62,949 bases of DNA, filler included, from Octopus bimaculoides (GCF_001194135.2; 8 parts of 8 records of this genome joined end to end with filler, not necessarily neighbours in it); one strand, 5' to 3'; counted from the first letter of the whole stretch, positions 1 through 12,110 are shown. Notes: generated by a model not told the origin, from the letters alone. Numbers and translations: made by a program.

Positions 1-39
<39 letters not shown>

Positions 40-495
40 ATATATATTATATATTATATTATACAGTATTTATACTACACGCAATTACAACCCTCGAAGA
101 CAGAGCTCCAGTATGGCCGCATTTTCTGTTACTGAAACACATGAAAGAGTAAAAGCGACTATTGCATTATTTATTTTCCATGGCATCGCATATCTAGGAC
201 AAGACTACACAATGTCCCGCTTTCTATAAAATAGTGGTGGTAACTTGAGCGAGATTTGGTTGCTGTTTCCAGCGTGACGAGCATACATATGGTCAAAGAC
301 GTTCCATTAGTGACCATCACGTCCTAATAACAGTCACAGCAAGTCTAGGACTACGTCAGTGGATTTATCAGGCTTTCCTTAACAGAGAAGAATGTGATTT
401 GAGAGAGATTTGGCTGCCATTTCCAGCATGATGGGCCGAAATATATTCAAAGACGTTCCATTTGTAACCATCCAGTCTTAATTGTTATCAAGCAT

Positions 496-690
496 AAGGT
501 GGTGAGCTGGAAGAAACGCTAGCACGCCGGAGGACCGTCTTTACTTTCCGAGTTCGAATCCCGCCGAAGTTGACTTCGCCTTTTACCCCTTTCGGGGTCG
601 ATAAAAGAAGTACCAGTTAAACATTGGGGTCGATGTAACAGACTGAACGCCCCTCAGAAGTTGTTGGCCTTGTGCCAAACTCTGAAACCA
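496..690 (+). mobile_element. tRNA-derived SINE, family A
   Basis: AAGG(C/T)GGTGAGCTGG head, B box GTTCGAATCCC, central GCCTTTCATCCTTTCGGGGTCGATAAA domain. Same family at 3595-3835, 12409-12825, 14740-14950, 17120-17480 (two), 22140-22325 (minus), 26275-26485, 26962-27160, 50490-50670, 53709, and 58810-59400 (three). Confidence 0.85.
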
Positions 691-691
691 A

Positions 692-764
692 ATCTCGGTG
701 GTATCAGTGGTAAGTATCCCCACCTGTCATCTGAGAGACCGGGGTTCGATTCCTCGCTGGGGAT
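692..764 (+). pseudogene. tRNA-Asp(GTC) pseudogene
   Basis: GGTATCAGTGGTAAGTATCCCCACCTGTCATCTGAGAGACCGGGGTTCGATTCCTCGCTGGGGA closely follows the eukaryotic tRNA-Asp consensus. Anticodon GTC at 726-728; T-arm intact. The anticodon stem has 2 mismatches and the acceptor stem is poorly paired. Confidence 0.8.
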
Positions 765-1261
765 GATTTAAAGGCGGTGCTCCAGCCTGGCCGCAGTCAA
801 ATGATTGAAACGAGTAAAAGAATAAAGGAATTGTCAGGCAAAGTAAGCCTTGGAATACAGTAAATAATGTTTTCACTTCTGTAACAGAGCATGATTTGAG
901 CGAGACTTGACTGCTATTTCTAGCATAGTGAGCAGACGTATGGTGGAAAGCGTTCCATCTGTGGCCTCGCAGTACTCGCGTCAATCATAGTATATCTTGT
1001 ACTACACAAATGAAATAATCGAGCAATCTTTAGATTTAAGAGAGATTTGGCTGCTATTTTCAGCATAGAAAACGACCACAAAGTACACACGTGTGTTTTC
1101 AACACGTGTACACGAAAACATAACACAAACACACGTACACACACAGAAAAGTACACATAAACGCGCACACACACAAACACACACACACGACACGTTACAG
1201 AAGCGGGAAAATACCCCAGCTCGCGCACGCGAAAGAGATTATACAGCGGGAGGGGGGCCGT

Positions 1262-1430
1262 CAGAGAGGGAAGAAGTAACAGACTTTTGCTATTTATAGC
1301 GTGTGACGTCATTTCATGGGAATGGAATTCCCTGACATGGTTAGCAGTGAGTAATGCGCATCATTACTATAATTGAGGTCACGTCACAATAGAGGTTAGC
1401 AACGTCACTGAGACGTCAACCAATCAGCAG
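1262..1430 (-). promoter_or_regulatory. Candidate cAMP/Ca2+-responsive RNA Pol II promoter (TATA + CRE cluster + CCAAT)
   Basis: TATAAATA on the minus strand at 1298-1291. Perfect CRE TGACGTCA at 1304-1311, TCACGTCA at 1379-1386, ACGTCA at 1402-1407, GACGTCA at 1412-1418, CCAATCAG at 1420-1427. Locally GC/CpG-rich. Confidence 0.55.
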
Positions 1431-2218
1431 CGTCTGTTCCATTTAATTATTATAATTTATGTGATGACCCTCGTTTTTAGCCAAGTTGAACTATTTTCTA
1501 AGTAGGCTCACTCACACACGAAAAAACGATGTATATATATGTGTGTATATGTGTGTAAATATATGTCAGAGTGAATCTGTCTATCTATCTATTTATCTAT
1601 ATATATATATATATATATATATCTATATAGCTATCTCTCTCTCTATATATATATATATATGTGTGTGTGTATATATATATATGTATATATATATGTATAT
1701 ATATATATATGTATATATATAAAAATTCAATAATAGGACGAATTCTTTTACAAGAATTCATCAAGTAGCTAGCGTGAAAAAACCTCACAAGGGAAAAAAA
1801 TCCATCATTTATTCCCGAAATATATATTCATATTTATATAAGGGCATTGCTATACAATAATNNNNNNNNNNNNNNNNNNNNNNNNNNNNNNNNNNNNNNN
1901 NNNNNNNNNNNNNNNNNNNNNNNNNNNNNNNNNNNNNNNNNNNNNNNNNNNNNNNNNNNNNNNNNNNNNNNNNNNNNNNNNNNNNNNNNNNNNNNNNNNN
2001 NNNNNNNNNNNNNNNNNNNNNNNNNNNNNNNNNNNNNNNNNNNNNNNNNNNNNNNNNNNNNNNNNNNNNNNNNNNNNNNNNNNNNNNNNNNNNNNNNNNN
2101 NNNNNNNNNNNNNNNNNNNNNNNNNNNNNNNNNNNNNNNNNNNNNNNNNNNNNNNNNNNNNNNNNNNNNNNNGGACAAACACAGACACACAAACACACAT
2201 ACATATATATATAGATAT

Positions 2219-2384
2219 ACGACAGGCTTCTTTTCAGTTTCCGTCTACCAAATCCACTCACAAGGCTTTGGTCGGCCCGAGGCTATAGTAGAAGACACTT
2301 GCCCAAGGTGCCACGCAGTGGGACTGAACCCAGAACCATGTGGTTGGCAAGCAAGCTACTTACCACACAGCCACTCCTGCGCCT
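2219..2384 (-). mobile_element. tRNA-derived SINE, family B (OR1-like), 5' half
   Basis: Minus strand AGGCGCAGGAGTGGCTGTGTGGTAAG (A box), GGTTCAGTCCC (B box), CCTTGGGCAAGTGTCTT. Related halves at 3090-3312, 3327-3492, 6385-6560, 22540-22750, 29230-29395, 52320-52530 and 55195-55357. Confidence 0.85.
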
Positions 2385-2619
2385 ATATATATATATATAT
2401 ATATCCGTCGTTGTTATTTCCCTCACTTGCTGTGGTTAATCTGCAATTAACGCGCGCACACACACACACACACATACACAATGTGGTTAAGAATCTCTTT
2501 ATCAGCTATGAGGTTTCACGTTCAACTGCACTACACAGCAGGGTGTGCAAGTGTCTTGTACTATTATAGCCCAAGGCCGACCGATGCCTTCTGAGTTAAT
2601 TTGGAAGGCGGAAACTCTG

Positions 2620-3050
2620 TGGAAGCTTCCGCTGTTTAGAGCAGGACTTGCAAGGAACGTGTGTAGCGTGAGATCGTCGCATTGACCATGACAGAGAAAG
2701 TTGTCATGGCGATACCTGCTCAGAGACCTGTGTAAAGTTGCCAGACAGTGTAAGGAGAGGGGCATATGAGACGCACACAAGATGGCCGAACGTTCTGGGA
2801 GAACCGCAACCAGCAGAACTAAGAAAAATATCGCAAATGTGCTTGCAGCTGTGAGGGGGAAATCGTCGAATCACCATCCGTGAGAGTTATCAAAGGATGC
2901 GCAAATCAGTTACGGTTCAATGAGACGCGTGTCTGCCAAGTTTGTGTCAAAACTGCTTTAAGCTGACCAAAAAGACACTCGGGTTTCACTTGCACAAGAT
3001 CATCTTAATTGTGTCAGGAACGATGAAAACTTTTTGAAGACTTTGCGTAG
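2620..3050 (+). mobile_element. Mariner transposase remnant
   Basis: Frameshifted translation contains RITIRE..., MRRVSAKFVSKLL.ADQKDTRVSLAQDHLNCVRNDENFLK, typical of mariner N-terminal/linker regions. Confidence 0.7.
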
Positions 3051-3493
3051 GCCTCTGAGTGGATATCGCCAAGCTTTTGGCGAAATTTTGCATGTGTGTG
3101 CATGTGTGTGTCTCTATGTCTGTTATTGTTCCACCACTATCGCATGACAACCGATATTGTTGTGTTTACGTCCGCGCAACTTAGCGGTTCGGCAAAACAG
3201 ACCGATAGAATGATTACTAGGCTTACAAAGAATAAGTCCTGGGGTCGATTTGTTCGATTAAAGGCTGTGCTCCAGCACGGCCGCAGTCAAATTGACTGAA
3301 ACCAATAAAAGAATACATATATATACACGACGGGCTTCTTTCAGTTTCCGTCAACTAAATCCACTCATGAAGCTTTGGTCGGCCCGAGGCTATACTAGAA
3401 GGGACCTGCCCAAGGTGCCACGCATTAGGACTGAACCCGGAACCATGTGGCTGGCAAGCAAGCTACTTACCACACAGCCACTCCTACGCCTAT

Positions 3494-3527
<34 letters not shown>

Positions 3528-4257
3528 AAAGGCAAAACCTAGGACATTTAACTGCTAAACTGAATCAAGGAATAAGCTAGGAATAAGCTCACCTTTAAAG
3601 ATGGTGAGCTGGTAGAATCGTTAGCACGCCGGGCGAAATGCTTAGCGGTATTTCGTCTGTCTTCACGTTCTGAGTTCAAATTCCGCCGAGGTCGACTTTG
3701 CCTTTCATCCTTTCGGGGTCGATAAATTAAGGACCAGCTATGCACTGGGGGTCGATGTAATCGACTTAATCCCTTTGTCTGTCCTTGTTTGTCCCTTCTA
3801 TGTTTAGCTCCTTGTGGGCAATAAAGAAATAAGAAACAAGGAATAAGCTAGGTAAAGAGAAAGAGAGAGAGAGAGAGAAAAGAAAAAGATAGAGAAAGAG
3901 AGAGGGGGGGGACCGATAGTGAACGAAAAGAAGGTTGCGTGATTGCCTTATCAAATGGTTGCAGAAAGATATACCGATCCAAATATGTGTTAACTTGTGT
4001 GGGAGAGCAATGGCGATCCAGGTGTAGGTTGAGGTTGAGGTCGGAGTTTGCTGACGCCTCTAAACATGACACATGAGAAAAAAAACTATGGCATAGTTGC
4101 AGGTTTACAGAAAAATAGGAAATAAGTAACAGTTTGTAATACTATTTTCGACCGTGGATAGCAGCTGCTATATCCTGTTTGCGTACCCCTTGAATGTATG
4201 GAATAGGACTAAGACTTGCTTCAAACATTGCTTATGTTCCATTTAGTCAAATCCTAA

Positions 4258-6232
4258 AGAATCCCTCTCAACACATGGCTACGATGCTACCCCACCACTT
4301 CTGCTCGAGGTTACAGATACACATATTGTCATTAGCTAAAGGACACGCTGAAGTGGTTAATATCATTCAACTGGCCAGCAAATCTGTGGTGTTGAGCAGA
4401 ATATTTGCTGTAGGCCATCTTTTTATACCAAGACAAAACAATGTACATGATAACACTTCCAATCAGTTAAGATCAGAAGCCATGAGAGCCATTGCCTGGT
4501 ACTGCATCAGGGCATCAGCAAATCTGTGGTATTGAGCAGAATATTTGCTGTAGGCCATCTTTCATACCAAGAGAAAACAATGTACATGATAACACTTCCA
4601 ATCAGTTAAGATCAGAAGCCATGAGAGCCACTGCCTGGGACTGCATCAGGGCATTAGCAAATCTGTGGTATTGAGCAGAATATTTGCTGTAGCCCATCTT
4701 TTATACCANNNNNNNNNNNNNNNNNNNNNNNNNNNNNNNNNNNNNNNNNNNNNNNNNNNNNNNNNNNNNNNNNNNNNNNNNNNNNNNNNNNNNNNNNNNN
4801 NNNNNNNNNNNNNNNNNNNNNNNNNNNNNNNNNNNNNNNNNNNNNNNNNNNNNNNNNNNNNNNNNNNNNNNNNNNNNNNNNNNNNNNNNNNNNNNNNNNN
4901 NNNNNNNNNNNNNNNNNNNNNNNNNNNNNNNNNNNNNNNNNNNNNNNNNNNNNNNNNNNNNNNNNNNNNNNNNNNNNNNNNNNNNNNNNNNNNNNNNNNN
5001 NNNNNNNNNNNNNNNNNNNNNNNNNNNNNNNNNNNNNNNNNNNNNNNNNNNNNNNNNNNNNNNNNNNNNNNNNNNNNNNNNNNNNNNNNNNNNNNNNNNN
5101 NNNNNNNNNNNNNNNNNNNNNNNNNNNNNNNNNNNNNNNNNNNNNNNNNNNNNNNNNNNNNNNNNNNNNNNNNNNNNNNNNNNNNNNNNNNNNNNNNNNN
5201 NNNNNNNNNNNNNNNNNNNNNNNNNNNNNNNNNNNNNNNNNNNNNNNNNNNNNNNNNNNNNNNNNNNNNNNNNNNNNNNNNNNNNNNNNNNNNNNNNNNN
5301 NNNNNNNNNNNNNNNNNNNNNNNNNNNNNNNNNNNNNNNNNNNNNNNNNNNNNNNNNNNNNNNNNNNNNNNNNNNNNNNNNNNNNNNNNNNNNNNNNNNN
5401 NNNNNNNNNNNNNNNNNNNNNNNNNNNNNNNNGTTGAGCAGAATATTTGCTGTAGGCCATCTTTTTATACCAAGACAAAACAATGTACATGATAACACTT
5501 CCAATCAGTTAAGATCAGAAGCCATGAGAGCCACTGCCTGGTACTGCATCAGGGCATTAGCAAATCTGTGATATTGAGCAGAATATTTCCTGTAACCCAT
5601 TTTTTTTATCAAGACAAAACATGTACACGATAACAACTCCAATCAATTAAGAGTATCGTCGATTTCTCCACTACTCCTGCTTGTGATCAGAGATGCACAT
5701 ATCGTCAGCCACCAAAGGACGTGCTTAATTGATTATGGTCAAACAACTGACAAGCAACTCTGTGGCATTCAGCAGAATATCTGATGTTCGACTGTACAAC
5801 ATGTACATCATAACACTTCCAATCAGTTCAGATTGGAAGCAATGAGAGCCGCTTCCAGGTACTGCATCAGAGCATTTATTATCATCATTGTCATAATAAT
5901 TATTATTACTGAGTGAGGGAGCAGCGCCGTCAAGTGATACTGAGGTATAAATATACAAAGCCCAGTATACCCATCATGACTACCAGTCTGATAAGGGTAC
6001 ACCAGACACTTGCATCACAACCATATGTGCGCGACATGGTGATCTCATATCAAGATAAACAGCGCATGACCTTGCAGGTGGGGGTCCAGTTAGAATTTTT
6101 TTCAGGTTGAGTAGTCCAACCCACTCAAAATGTCCTTGAATAAGGGTTGTTTAAGGATATTGACTGAAACACCCATGTTTCCAGAGCTGAATTATTCAAA
6201 CCCCAAAGAATTCCTCTGAAAACATGGCTATA
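4258..6232 (-). repeat. Tandem/permuted array of the ~560-bp (TAA)n-flanked element (family E), including a 139-140 bp tandem repeat
   Basis: AATCTGTGGT recurs at 4381, 4521, 4660 and, after the gap, 5563. A further partial unit runs ~5665-5877, followed by an ATT-rich spacer and the other half of the element at 5911-6232. Confidence 0.85.
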
Positions 6233-6929
6233 TACTTCAAGGATTTTTATAAAAACATATCAACCGGGAAATTAAACAAAAACAAACGGAATATTTGACA
6301 AAACCCATAAGACACGGAAAGTTTGTAGCTAATTCCTCGTCAGTCAACGCCAAAGGGACCATAATAGTTTCGTGCCGTTATCGTTGGCGACGGGTTTCTT
6401 TCAGTTTCCGTCAACCAAATTCACACGGAAGGCTGTGATCGACCTCCTGAAGCTATAGAAGAAAACACTTGTCCCAAGTACCATGCAGTGACAGTGAACC
6501 TAGACCCATGCGTCGCTGCATTTAAGAAGCAATCTTCTTAGACACAACGACACCTGCGCCTTATATATATATCGGTAGTATGAACAATGCCTGAAAAGAT
6601 ACGGGTCATTTGAAATGGGTTTGAACTACTGGCTTTTCTTTCTGTAATCCTATCACTTTACAGATTTTATATCATTTGCCTTCCTGTCTATATTCTCGGC
6701 GCTTAATTTGTCTTGGTTTTTCCATTTTCCCGTTTTGTTTTTCTGAGTCATTCTATCACTCTTTATCTTTCGTTTTTGCTTCCTTTTTCTTGCGTTCTTC
6801 ATTGTTTTTTTGTGTTTCGTTTTTTCTCAAATGACAGCAATTTCGGATGATGGGGTGTGACAGACATAAAGTGTAGGGGGTTTATATATAATGGAATGGC
6901 ACTTACATACATACATACATACATACATA

Positions 6930-7300
6930 GTTAATTTCAACATGAACAAGCGAGAAAAAGCACGAAAAAACAACGTGAGGACGTGGAATAAGTACAGTGT
7001 TATTGGACGCTCAGGAAAGGAAAGAAAAGAAAGAGGATTTAACGTTTCGATCGGATATCTTCGTCAGAAATATAGGAAAAGTCCAAAGAAGGGAAGACAG
7101 AGAGAAAATCGCCAACGATGCACACGCGGACATACATACATACATACATACGCCATGATAGATCGCTAGCCACTACATATTCTTTATTTTCTCTCCTTGT
7201 TTCTTTCTGTGGAAGCGCGTAGGCTCGAAACGTTAAAGACTTTTTTCACTTCCCGAGCGTTAAACTAATACATCTGTTTGCTGTTTACACACCCGTCTTC
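6930..7300. mobile_element. Inverted pair of related hammerhead-bearing repeats (Penelope pLTR-like)
   Basis: 6960-7071 (minus) and 7202-7290 (plus) share CTG.(C/G)GAAG...CGAAACGTTAAA...TTCC(C/T)GAGCGT. Same family on the minus strand at 54085-54250. Confidence 0.6.
7037..7071 (-). ncRNA. Minimal type I hammerhead ribozyme motif
   Basis: Minus strand ATTT-CTGACGA-A-GAT(ATCCG)ATC-GAAA-CG-T-T-AAAT: stem I 4 bp, stem II 3 bp, palindromic ACGT stem III, GUU cleavage triplet. Confidence 0.6.
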
Positions 7301-7755
7301 ATNNNNNNNNNNNNNNNNNNNNNNNNNNNNNNNNNNNNNNNNNNNNTTAATTAATTAANNNNNNNNNNNNNNNNNNNNNNNNNNNNNNNNNNNNNNNNNN
7401 NNTATATATATATATATATATATGTATGCATGTATATATATGTATATATGTATGTATGTGTGTGCGGTAAGTGTGTGTGTGTGCACGCGTATGTTTAAAG
7501 ATATGTTTATATAAATACATAAGCATATATACATAGCATACATATATATGCACCCACATATATGCATATGTATACATGTGTATTCTTACTGACGCACATA
7601 TATCATCATGCATGTATAACATTTGTCATATGTGTCTAGACTGGGAGAGAGATAGATTGAAAAAGAGCGTCTGAGAAATTTCTTTCACTGATTGTGCAGG
7701 TGTAAGATAAAAAGAGTGATTCACACCGAGAACATATAGACTAGCGTTAATTATA

Positions 7756-7800
<45 letters not shown>

Positions 7801-7953
7801 NNNNNNNNNNNNNNNNNNNNNNNNNNNNNNNNNNNNNNNNNNNNNNNNNNNNNNNNNNNNNNNNNNNNNNNNNNNNNNNNNNNNNNNNNNNNNNNNNNNN
7901 NNNNNNNNNNNNNNNNNNNNNNNNNNNNNNNNNNNNNNNNNNNNNNNNNNNNN

Positions 7954-8013
<60 letters not shown>

Positions 8014-8269
8014 GCAGCAAGCTCCTATACTTCAGGAGTAATGCCTTTGTAAAAATCTGGCCGTAACGTGAAAACTCATAACGCGAATTTTTTTTTCCAT
8101 GAGAATGCATACTGATGGATATTTTCTGACAATAAAGACAACAACATCAGAAAGCACTTTTTTCTACACATACGTAGAGTGAGTTGTATTTGAAGTCGCA
8201 TTTAATAATTTAATAAAACAATTCTTGTCTAGCAAAGACAAAACGTATTTAAAAAGTTTTGTGCATATG

Positions 8270-9370
8270 TTTTCGATAAGCCTTCTTATAATATTTTTCA
8301 ATGAATCCGCCCTCAGCTTCGATATCTGCTTAACATATCTGTTAACATACCTGCACTAAATGACCTTTATCCATTGCGGACATCATATGGATAATGGCGA
8401 CTTTCAGTAAAGTTATTTTACTATGAAGATGTCGATTAGTCTCCCTTTCAACAACACTCTAATCATAATAGTCCATAGGATTTAGGTCTGGCGTGTCTGG
8501 AGGCGACAGGTTTAATGTTACGTAATGGTGAAGTTTGCCGGACGTCAATTCTTGGATTACGCAAGTTTGTGAGGTGCTAAGTCTTGTTGAAACACATATG
8601 GCCTTTCACTGTTTGACAACTGTCTCCTCCACTTCAGCGTATCCAACAGCATTAATTTTAGGATCCTGTAGAAAGATGTGAGGTGACATGATATGACCAT
8701 CGATCCTCTTCATTCCTAAAAGCATCACATTTACTTGAAATTTAGTGTGTTTCACTCTAGGGACATCAGTAAGATATGCACGTAACTATATGTCATTTCT
8801 CCCGTTAGGCCTTTGGTCTTGGTCGAAGCTTGCCATGTTCGTGAGTACTTTTAACCTTGTTGAATAACTACATGTCACAGATGTAACGGTTTTCCTGTGT
8901 CTTTGCAGACATGAATTGGTCTCTCTTCAGTACATACGAATTGTATCGAATATCCTCGTACATCACTGTTCTGATAATTCACTCTAACAGCTGAAGTTCT
9001 TTAGTGATGGATCCCATTCATATTTTGGAATTATCATCGATATTTTGAACTCATTAGATGAAATGTGGTGTCTTTATATAACTCCACTTGATGTTGTGTA
9101 TTGTATTACTAGCCTTCAGTATCAGGATCTTGCGAGCTAACTTGAATCTTTTCTTCTTATGCACGTGTCAGAAAGAAGGCTGATGGTTGCCATATCATTT
9201 TTAAAAACTTAGTTTCGCATATAGCAGAATACTTATTCCTTTGAGTTTCATTATTTTAGAGCTCTGAGGTGACTTCTTCGTAAACCATTAGTTTAACCAT
9301 GCATACCTAATCGAGTGAGCAAGTTTCTGAATTTCTACAGTTACAATTTAGAGTGGGCACCTGATGTAAC
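8270..9370 (-). mobile_element. Tc1/mariner (maT/DD37D-like) transposon, degraded
   Basis: Minus-strand translation: EDIRYNSYVLKRDQFMSAKTQENR, FDQDQRPNGRND, KHTKF..VMLLG, RPYVFQQDLAPH, PPDTPDLNPMDYY, VVERETN. Multiple stops and frameshifts. Confidence 0.85.
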
Positions 9371-9539
9371 CCACGAGTGATAAGATATTTTATGTTGGGA
9401 CAGCACTTTCACTGAACGTGTTTTAAAAGTTTTCTTTTTAGATGTAACAACTTTATCGATCTACCGAATTGTAGATCTGGGATTTTCATTAAATGTAGGC
9501 ATCTGGAAAAGTTTCTTTTATTGAACTGGAAAACACCAC

Positions 9540-9936
9540 CCTCTTCGAATTAAACTCGAAGACTACTGAGGTGAGATTAGCGAGCTAGGCAAGCGGAACT
9601 GGCGGGGCAGTCATGTGGTGGGACGCCCTGAAGATGGTATCTAAATGTGAGCCGATAGCGTTAAATCAAGAGCTAGTGATGGAGATAAGCAACGAAGAGT
9701 GAGAGCTAATTTGCAAGCTAGAAGAGGCGATTAGAAAAGACCTTGCAACCGACGTGCTAGTGGCAAGAATAGCCCTTGAACATTTCTACAACGCGAAGCA
9801 TATACGATAGTTGCCTTGTCAGAGCTTGAACTCGTGCGCTAAAAGGGAACTAAAGTCGTTCGATGGGCACAGGTGGTGGAGACGCGACGTGGCATCAAAG
9901 CTACAATTCGGTCCTTGACAGAATTGTAGCTTTGAT
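9540..9936 (+). mobile_element. L1/Tx1-type LINE ORF2 fragment (linker after the APE domain)
   Basis: GEISELGKRELAGAV..WWDALKMVSKCEPIAL...LEEAIRK...KGTKVVRWAQVVETRRGIKATIRSL, same family as the 12990-13600 fragment. Confidence 0.65.
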
Positions 9937-11084
9937 ACAGATGTATGAGATTGACATAAATAAAGCTTGAAAAAAGACAAGAATGGAAGGGAATGGCTAT
10001 AAGAAACTCAATCAAAATACTTTAAAATATATAGAGAGGTCAGAGAAAAAGTTCTTACTCATCTTCCAGCGTTGTTTATACCGCTCTGTGCAAGGTCTGC
10101 TTCGTTTCATTCATGTAACTGATGTGCTATTCTAAACGACGCTTCCTTCCATCTGACTCTAGATGCTTTGTACTGTTTTCCGAATCCTGAAAATCCCTTT
10201 TTATCGACATTAAGTGGTTTGTGATAGAAAAGCGAACTTTCAAAATTAGAATGCAAAGACCAAAAACTCGATACAGCAAGGTACCTCAACAGATATTCAA
10301 ACAATTGTACCAATCAACTACCTTGCGTCGCTGTTTTATTAATCAAGGCCAAATTGAAGAAAGTTGACCATGGCGTGATTTGAACTCAGAAACTAGAAAG
10401 CCGTAAACAAATAATGCATTACATTCGAACCCGAAACTCGAAAATCTCCGTCAAATCGGCGCCTTGACTAACTTACCTTGACTTTAGGATCGCTTTTCAA
10501 GTGAAGTGGAACAGTTAAATCTCTTACACTTATTATAGTATAATTTGTTTGGTTAATACAGAAAATAAGTTAATGATACAAAAATAAATTTAAGACATAT
10601 TTAACTCCTATAATTGAATAGTAACATATAAAAAAAGTAAACATGCTAATAAATTCGGATGGCCTTTCATGACCGTGATCTGTTCATTCATACTCTTACA
10701 CGACGCTGTATTATCATTAATGTCAATGTCGCCATCATGACTGCAACTTGAATAGCATTTATGAGTAAAACCTATCCTAGTGAGGTATTTTCTGAAAAAT
10801 ATAACTACAAATTTCTTATGTCACACCAACTACACAGTTGCTTACAAACGATAAGCCACTATTGTATTCTATTGTTGGAAATAACGTATGACTTTATTTT
10901 CAAATTAATTGGGAAAAATAATTGGTAGTTTTATATAAAAAAAGGCAAAGTGTTTGAATATATATATAGGCAAATTAATAGAGGTTATTAAAGTGACAGA
11001 GGCTACTAATTAGTACCAGTATCGCTAGAAATAAGAGTGTGTATATATATGTGTGTACACATACTTGTATGTATGTATGTATGT

Positions 11085-11144
<60 letters not shown>

Positions 11145-11699
11145 GGATATGTTTTCATGTATATGCGAATTTGTGTAAATATATGTATGTGTGTACATAT
11201 ACACACACACACATATGTATGCATGCATGCATATATATATACATATATATATACATGCATATATGCATACCAATTACATTCTGGAAGAGCATGTTAGTCA
11301 TTTAACAATACAAGATTCTCCGCGTTACAGGAGCAACGTGTTCATTAATCCATTCTAATGTGAAATCCCGTAACGCGAAATAAATCTCCGATTGATTTTC
11401 ATGTTATGTGATAACCCGCTCAGATCGATATTTTCGAAAAAAAAATACGAAAACAACGACAACAAACACACAGCACAATCAATTTAATGTATTAAAATGA
11501 TTAATTAAAAATACTCTTACTCAACCATACCAAGTTATTTGAACGCCCAATACGATGTAGATTATACTTTGCTGAACTATTGAAAGATTTTAGCTTTTCG
11601 AAGCGATACACAAGGGCAGGAGTTCTTTAATTTCATATCACCAGGGACATATCTTCCCCGAAAGAGTTTCAGATGATTTTGCTGGGAAGATACTCTTTT

Positions 11700-12110
11700 A
11701 CTCTCTTTTACTCTTTTACTTGTTTCAGTCATTTGACTGCGGCCATGCTAGAGCACCGCCTTTAGTCGAGCAAATCGACCCCGGGACTTATTCTTTGTAA
11801 GCCTAGTACTTATTCTATCGGTCTTTTTTGCCGAACTGCTAAGTGACGGGGACATAAACACACCAGCATCGGTTGTCAAGCAATGCTAGGGGGACAAACA
11901 CAGACACAAATACACACACACATANNNNNNNNNNNNNNATATATATACGACGGGCTTCTTTCAGTTTCCGTCTACCAAATCCACTCACAAGGCTTTGGTC
12001 GGCCCGAGGCTATAGCAGAAGACACTTGCCCAAGATGCCACGCAGTGGGACTGAACCTGGAACCATGTGGCTGGTAAGCAAGCTACTTACTACACAGCCA
12101 CTCCTGTGCC
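11700..12110 (-). mobile_element. Full-length family B SINE with internal microsatellite
   Basis: Head at ~12110, internal (AT)/(GT) tract with a gap, 3' half ending GCATGGCCGCAGTCAAATGACTGAAACAAGTAAAAGAGTAAAAGAG. Other full-length copies at 27170-27582 (minus) and 49745-50150 (plus). Confidence 0.85.

Larger units (their letters stand above)
240..1070 (+). repeat. Four diverged copies of an interspersed repeat with core GAGAGATTTGGCTGCTATTTCTAGCA
   Basis: Core seen at ~247, ~401, ~899 and ~1040. The first two share downstream CAAAGACGTTCCATT. Further copies at ~27640 and ~59790, and reversed at ~52170-52210. Confidence 0.7.

Noticed and set aside
692-764. Functional tRNA-Asp gene
   Set aside because: The anticodon stem has C.A and C.C mismatches and the acceptor stem is mostly wobble or mismatch.
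4378-5640. CRISPR-like appearance of the regular repeat
   Set aside because: Units are contiguous near-identical 139-140-mers with no unique spacers, in an animal genome with no cas genes.
5955-6010. Hammerhead inside family E (CTGATAAG; also CTGACGA and CTGAAGA on the other strand)
   Set aside because: No matching GAAA with closable stems II and III could be built in either orientation.
7347-7358. TTAATTAATTAA recurring in the middle of N runs (also 25688, 41459, 47209, 53979, 56824, 61517)
   Set aside because: Always flanked by N on both sides and gives stops in all six frames: an artificial gap spacer from the assembly, not biology.
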